A DNA stretch of 64,000 bases from Eledone cirrhosa (lineage: Eukaryota): contig OZ024747.1 of the NCBI GenBank assembly GCA_964016885.1, positions 71,052,001 through 71,116,000 on the forward strand. The letters run 5' to 3'. Below, piece by piece: positions 54,880 through 64,000 of the stretch. A program made the translations under genes and the position numbers. The number at the start of each line of letters is the position of its first letter. Positions within the stretch are counted from its first letter, which is position 1. The notes beneath the pieces are model-generated. The model was not told the origin of the DNA. It made no database searches and was given only the letters and a program-made list of their open reading frames with translations.

Positions 54880-55191
54880 TTAAACATTTGGCAGTCATTA
54901 AAGCATCGGACAGAATGTTTGGCGATAAAGTTTTCTGCGCTCTGGAACTAAATCTCAGCCATGAAGATTTTGTTTTCTATCCCTTCCAGTTGGATAAATG
55001 CTGTACCAGTCAATCCCCACATAGTTCCCTGTAGCTCCTCTTCTTTCTTTCTCTTCCTCCTCTTTATTTTTCTTTCCCTTGTAACCGATTCCAAACACTG
55101 TGCCAACAGAATAAACTATAAAAATTAAAGCAATGTTGTAATGAGAGTAGAAGTTAAACTCTAGTAGTAGTAGTAGTAATAGTAGTAGTAA

Positions 55192-55263
<72 letters not shown>

Positions 55264-55277
55264 CCAACAGCAGTAGC

Positions 55278-55314
<37 letters not shown>

Positions 55315-55320
55315 ATAGTA

Positions 55321-55351
<31 letters not shown>

Positions 55352-55527
55352 CAGCAGCAGCAGCAGCAACAGCAGTAGTAGTAGTAGTTATTGGTACTTC
55401 ATTTTATCTGTTATCCTTATGGGGTCGATGAAATAAAGTACCCGTTAAGTAATGGGGTTGGTATAATCGACATTCACCTTCCCGTAAATTGCTGATCTTG
55501 TGTCAATGTGAGAAAGAAGTATTTCAA

Positions 55528-55925
55528 GGGCGGTAGATTGGCAGTATCGGTTGAGCGTTGGATAATGTTTTACTACATATAGTTACATCCCTTTACGTTC
55601 TGATTTCGAATCCCACCAAAGTTAGCTTTGTCATTCATCCTTACGGTGTCTATAAAATAAAGTACCAGTGACATACTGGGGTCGATTTAATCGACTTTCC
55701 ACTCCCCAAAATTTGTAGTCCTGTGCCTTAATCAAAAACCATTGGCAGTATCGGTAGAGGGTCGGACACCATACTTTGACGCATAGAGTTACGGCCCTTG
55801 CCATTCTGAGTTCAAATCCTGCCGAGGTTGACTTTGCCTTTCATCCTTACGGGGTCGATAAAATAAAGTACCAGTAATACACTGGGTAATTGCTGGCCTT
55901 GTGCCTAAAGTAGAAACAATTATTA
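55528..55925 (+). mobile_element. Two tandem SINE family A copies
   Basis: Long-core copy followed directly by a short-core copy. Confidence 0.8.
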
Positions 55926-56742
55926 GTAGTATCCAATTACCAGCGATATATATTTGCAGTGGAAAATATATTACCTTGGTTTATGTAATCCCTAGAGAGA
56001 AATTGGCTGATCACAAGCGTTCAAATTATATTTAAAAACAAAACTAGTTGGTCCCTCTCCCCTCTTTCCCCTGTTCTCAGCACTTAATTTCTCCTCTCTC
56101 AATCTGAGTACACACACACACACACATATATATATATATGAGTTAAATATGCAATATGACATTCTAAATAGATTGGTAATGAAATCAATAGAGATTTTTA
56201 AAGAATGACATATAACAATTTAGCAATTTATAAAGCAATTTATTGTAATTTCTATATAAATATCAAATTCTTTCTCTACTGAAGGTTTCAAATGAATTTT
56301 TCTCTCGCACAAACACATACACACAATATTCTCCCCCACCTTTCTCTCTTTCTGTCTCGCTTTCTCTCTCTCTCTCTCTATCTATCTATCTGTCTGTCTA
56401 TCTCGATATATAGACCCGCCTGAGTGTGCGCGTGTCTGCGCAGTCTCTGTGTGACGCTGTGTTTGCATGAGATCAAGTGCTAAGACAATAATAAAATGCT
56501 ACGGAGAAGTTAGGCTCCTCTTTATATCCTTGTTCTATCCCTCTTAATGCCTACCTAGGAGTTCGGTAGCTGGCGGCTGTACTGTCTTTGCACAATATGT
56601 GGTGCCTTACGGTGACGCCTTTGTTCACATTCTTTGCCTCCAGGTACACTTTACCTGATTTTCTCAACTTTTATTTATAGTAATCAAGTAACGTCATCTC
56701 CACGATTAGGTTTCAAATTTCAAATGTTCATAATGTTTCTTA

Positions 56743-56937
56743 TAAAGGTCGGCTGAAATATTTGTAAGCTGAAAATTCATAGGTTGACCAAGATACTCTC
56801 GTGGAATGACCAAATGAGGTACATTTTTTCAACATAGTCTCTGGAAAGAAGCAATACAGTTATTAATAAGAAAATTTGTAATCAATGCATGCAAGATTTA
56901 GTCATATTCAATCAATGAACTTTTCAGCCGACCCTCG
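56743..56937. mobile_element. mariner-like MITE
   Basis: TA|TAAAGGTCGGCTGAAA...TTTCAGCCGACCCTCG|TA. Confidence 0.65.
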
Positions 56938-56984
56938 TATATCAACCACGCACGTATGTGTGTGCATGTGTATGCTTGTCTGAG

Positions 56985-57104
<120 letters not shown>

Positions 57105-57241
57105 ACTATAAATTAGATCAATTGAATAATGAAGCATTTAAGAGATTTGAAAATTTGAAACAGATGACTATAACAACTAAACTATTATTTACAGATATCA
57201 ACTATTATTGCAGCTAACTGCATTGTGGCGACATTATTTTC

Positions 57242-57286
<45 letters not shown>

Positions 57287-57324
57287 CACATATATATATA
57301 TGTGTGTGTGTATGTGTGCGTGCG

Positions 57325-58322
<998 letters not shown>

Positions 58323-59090
58323 TTTAATTTTGGTTATATATATATATATTTATAACCAAAATTAAATTACGGATGTCATGTCTGAGAAACATATATATAT
58401 ACTTTAGTATGAATATATATTTTCCTCAAAGATTAGAGTTAGATATGATTCAACGTTATGTTTATCACAGAGAATCACCAACGGGTCCTCTAATGTATTT
58501 TATTCTAGCCGTAGAGTAAAAGAATAAGTTTATTTTCGTATATTTCCCAACAGTATTGGTCGCATAAAGGAAGTAGCCATGTCCGGAAATTGGAACCGGT
58601 ATTAAGTTTAACTCACGGAAATCTCATCACTATTATACTACAGCACTCAGCATACATAAAAGCAAATTACAGAGGCAAATGAGTGAGCATACACGTGGCC
58701 ACTCAGTGTGTTAGAAATAGCAGCGAGCACTCCCTTAAATCACTTTCTACAATCATATAAAATGACACATTAGATAATGTAATCTGGGAAACCTAGTGCC
58801 TGAGAAAATAAATTATTGTCATAGCTGCAATATCTTGGGTCATCAGTTTGCTGAATACAAATTTTTCATGATATAAAAAAGGCCTTACTCGAGACAATTA
58901 ATATGCCACTACGTGATGATGTGATGACTCGCATAATGAACTACTTTTAGACATAAAAAAGAGACAGTATATGTACCGCTGGAAAGTTATTTATTATATG
59001 TTTCTTTATTTACGGATGATCAAGAACAAAAACAACAACATATTTTACAAATATCCCTTTAGCATTACACATTTACTATTATGTATTTAA

Positions 59091-59311
59091 CCCTTTAGCA
59101 TTTACATTACTCTATATATACTATTGTATTTTCACAGTAAACACTTTATCTTGCATAATTATCTCACATAATATCAAATCTATGAGATTGTGATAACATT
59201 TATTTTTAGAATCATGCATTAACATCAGTATGAGCCACCAGTTACAGCCGGTTTGAACAGAAAGAGGTGAGGGGATTCTGGCCGGATATGGCCAGTTTAA
59301 ATGCTAAAGTG
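59091..59311. mobile_element. piggyBac-like MITE
   Basis: TTAA|CCCTTTAGCATTTA...TAAATGCTAAAGTG|TTAA. Confidence 0.75.
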
Positions 59312-59599
59312 TTAAAAGATGTGTGTGTGTGTGTGTGTGTGACTGTGACAAAAAGGTTCAACATAAACAATTTATTGATAATATTAAAGTAAGTTGAAGT
59401 AAGATAATATTAAAGTAAGTTAAATATGTCCATGAAAATAATTTGTAATTTCTCAATAAGTGATGGGGAGAGCGAGATAGACGGGAGAAGTGTCAGTGGG
59501 AATTTGGTTCCTTTGTGTTTCGACCTGGTGTATATGAATATATTTAACGGACACTCACGCATAAACCACACTTCAAATTTCTCAATTATAATGGTTTGT

Positions 59600-59792
59600 T
59601 ATATAGTCACAGGGCCATCAACAAGTCGATTAAATTGACACCAGTGCGTGACTGGTACATTATTTTATCGACTCTGTAAGGAGGAAAAAAGGCAAAGTTA
59701 ATCGCGGCGGAATGTGAACTCAGATCATAAAGGGCCGTAACTCTATACTGCATGGCATCCGACCCTCTACCGATACTGCCAATCCACCGCCC
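59600..59792 (-). mobile_element. SINE family A copy; more diverged copies follow to ~60445
   Basis: Core and boxes; AAAT(T/C)TCTCAATTATAAT flanking repeats. Confidence 0.75.
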
Positions 59793-61827
59793 TAAATCTC
59801 TCAATTATAATAATAATGATAATGGTTCCCAAAATTGGGCTCGTGACCACAAAATATGAGGGAGATGATAATCGATTAGATAGGCGGTCCCAGTATTTGA
59901 CTGCCAATTATTTTATCGATCCTTAATAGATGAAAGACAAACCGACATCTGGTGGATTTGATCTTAGAATGTAAAGAAATGTGACCCAGTACCCCAGGCA
60001 CTTCCGCTCATATCTTACTGATTCTCTCATTCGCATACAATAATTATAATTATTATATGAGTGGGCACATCATAAGAAGTTCATTTCGCAATCATTAGGC
60101 CCCGGGTTCGGTCCCACTGCCTGCCTCAAAAAGAAAACATACTTCTCTTCATTTGTATTAAGAGAGAGAGGGGGGGGTGGAGAGAGAAAGGTAGACAGAC
60201 TGAGAGTTAAACTCTATTTGATATCCAGTATCTAGAGATGTAGAATATATGGAAAAAGACAATATTAGTTTCGAATTCATGCACAAGGCTAGCAATTGTT
60301 AGGAGGTGAAAGTCGATAATGTTGACACTCAGTACTTGACTGTTACTTTATTTTATCAAACATCGACAGCATTTGAACTAAGAACGTAAAGAGCAGGAAT
60401 AAATGCTGGAAAACCATTATTCCGAAGCTCTAACGATTCTGCTAATAACCCCCAACCTCACAAAGAATCAATAATGCCCTATATTTTAGATATAGTGCAC
60501 GGGTGTATATATTTAAAAAAACGAGTTTGATTTGTATCAGCCGAATTCTAATTCATTGTACTCAAGGGGATTCAACTTTGCAATCTTCCCTGTAATTACA
60601 ACCAGTGATTTTTTCGTTAATCACCAGAATAGCAAATTAGATATACAGTGACAAAATGTAGATACTACCAAATACTCATTTTCTAGGCATGATAATGCAG
60701 AGAAATATTTATTATTAAATATACGGGTAGAAAGGATTTAACTAAATGCAAGGGCTTTCCTTAAATTGATTTGCAAATAATTCACTTATGCAATTTAGAA
60801 ATAACATAATCAGGAAGTGATGAAGGAATCGGGTTTATGAAATTGCGACATATCTGGTTCTGTACAGTCAATAAATTAGAAAATAATGTTGTTATATCAA
60901 AGGGTTATTATGTAAAGGTTAGGAATATAGTGTATTAGATGAACTAAGCGATATATAAGAGAGAAAAAAATGCTGCGGTATAGATAATACAGAGCATAAC
61001 ATATAAAGATTCATAGCGCCGATTAAAAGAAAGAAATGGAATCAAACGCTACGTTTTATATGCTTGCAAGGATCTTTCTTCCCCCCCCCCCCATCTCTCT
61101 CTCTATATATATGTATATATATATATATATATATATACATACATACATACAAGCATACATATATGTCTCTCACACACACATATATACACATGTATGTACG
61201 TATATATATAAATGTGTGTGTGTGTATATATATATATATTGACTTAAAAACTTATAATAGTCCCCTATAATTAAAATGTCTTTACCCTGGCGGTCTCTGT
61301 CCCTTGAGATTTGAACACACATAGCTATATATCTGTGTTCGTCTCTCCTTACATATATATATAGCTGAGTCGTTAGGACATTAGATATTTATCCTGCGTC
61401 TCTGAGTTCAAAGCCTGGCTCTTCCATTGGATCAAAGAAGGGTACCTGTTTAAGTTTCAATGATAAACATCTGTGCTGTTATTCTGGACCCCTACATGCA
61501 TGTATACAAAGTTTTTGATCTGTTGAGATACACATTTTAAATTCTATTCCACTATGAATTTTATATTTATTTTGTTGAATCAAGTTACTTATTTAAAGTT
61601 CACTAAGTAACTGCATTTATTTGATGAATATATATATTTTCAAATGTTTTAAAAGACGTTTATCTTTAGCTTTGAACTTGTTGTACTTGTAGTAGAAACT
61701 TATTCCTGACCCGTGCGTGGAAACTTTATGGTTTAATAAGAGACAACCACCAAGTTTCAAGGATCAATAAGGCATTTTAAATGCTTTATTTATAAGTTAT
61801 ACACACACGGACGCACACATATATACA

Positions 61828-62114
61828 CAGGGCCGGATTTAATGGGGAGGAGCAAAAGGGGCAATTGTCCGGGTCACCCTGCAGGGGGAGGGGCGTCACC
61901 AGCGATGACCGTAGTAATTTATTTGTGCCCCAAGCTGGGCTTTTTAGTTCTATGATGGTTACAATGTTTTTAATTTAATACCTGTGTATAACTTTTCATT
62001 TGCATTTATTTGCGCCAAGCTAAATTTGATTGTAAAATTGGAGGGTTTGCTGTGTATTCTAATTTCGTGTGTATGAGGGGCCCCCGGCCCCTACAAAGTC
62101 TGAATCCAGCCCTG
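61828..62114. mobile_element. hAT-like MITE
   Basis: TIR CAGGGCCGGATTTA / TGAATCCAGCCCTG; imperfect 8-bp flanks TATATACA / CATACACA. Confidence 0.6.
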
Positions 62115-62126
62115 CATACACACACA

Positions 62127-62213
<87 letters not shown>

Positions 62214-62527
62214 AAATAATATATACATTACTTAATTACATATATACAACACAACAAAATATATTGAATAAATTTAACAAATGACTGAAACTACCAAAAT
62301 GGAATATTTTACTCATTAATGAATTGAGGATAAACACATTATTTGGTACAGCTTAGGTTTTAAAATAATTCGGTGCTATTGCTAAAACTATCACCACCAC
62401 CACTTGCTTCATCTCTCTCTCACTCTATCTCTCACCCTCTCTTACACACACACACAGTCTTACTATATTTCCACAGTGTGAAAGACATTTTACTCCACAC
62501 AGAAATTTAATGTAAGATTTTTCAGAA

Positions 62528-62649
<122 letters not shown>

Positions 62650-62683
62650 CAAATTTATACGGGAACAAAACAGAGAGGCAGTG

Positions 62684-62779
62684 GAGTTAATGGTGAAGAC
62701 GATTAAAAAAAAAATTATTGTTTTATATATATATATATAAAACAATAAATTTTTTTTTTAATCGTCTTCACCATTAACT
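62684..62779. repeat. (TA)n-centred palindrome
   Basis: AGTTAATGGTGAAGACGATTAAAA..TTATTGTTT(TA)nAAACAATAA..TTTTAATCGTCTTCACCATTAACT. Confidence 0.85.
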
Positions 62780-62986
62780 TTAGGTATTTTTCTTTTTGTT
62801 CGCCACTTGCAAATTTCTGCATCATTCAAACACTACTCTCTTTTTCTGTCATTTCCCCCCCCCCCCCCTCTCTCTCTCTCTCCTCCCTCTCACGAATACA
62901 ACAGATCCTTTCCGCCAAGTTCTCTATCATTTCACATTCTCTCACACCTTCTGTGACATTATATTTCAGTTTCGAACACAGCAGTT

Positions 62987-63903
<917 letters not shown>

Positions 63904-64000
63904 AGCATGTAGAGACATGCTTCCCCATACAACTACCTATATTTTGTTTCAGTTTATTCCCTGGATTTTTCTTTTCTTCTGTTTTTCTCTAATTTGAACT

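Overview
Eukaryotic, AT-rich, microsatellite-saturated DNA; the SINE family and repeat landscape suggest a cephalopod (octopus-like) genome (inference). No host gene is confidently recognisable, only a few candidate minus-strand exons. The window is an archive of mobile elements: an apparently full-length R4/Dong-clade non-LTR retrotransposon with an uninterrupted 1165-aa RT+RLE ORF inside a (TACA)n tract, a 5'-truncated Penelope-like element (PLE; RT+GIY-YIG) with a hammerhead ribozyme in its 3' end, a second PLE with a 5' inversion, three Helitron derivatives, RTE/Tx1/HERO-like/R4 remnants, MITEs and about 30 tRNA-derived SINE copies or fragments. The main signal the ORF track misses is about 12 type I hammerhead ribozyme (HHR) motifs from several unrelated sequence families. 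Many lie in inverted-repeat cassettes abutting (TA)n/(CA)n tracts, two cassettes carry an HHR on each strand, and some cores are non-canonical. Most short ORFs in the track are microsatellite read-through.
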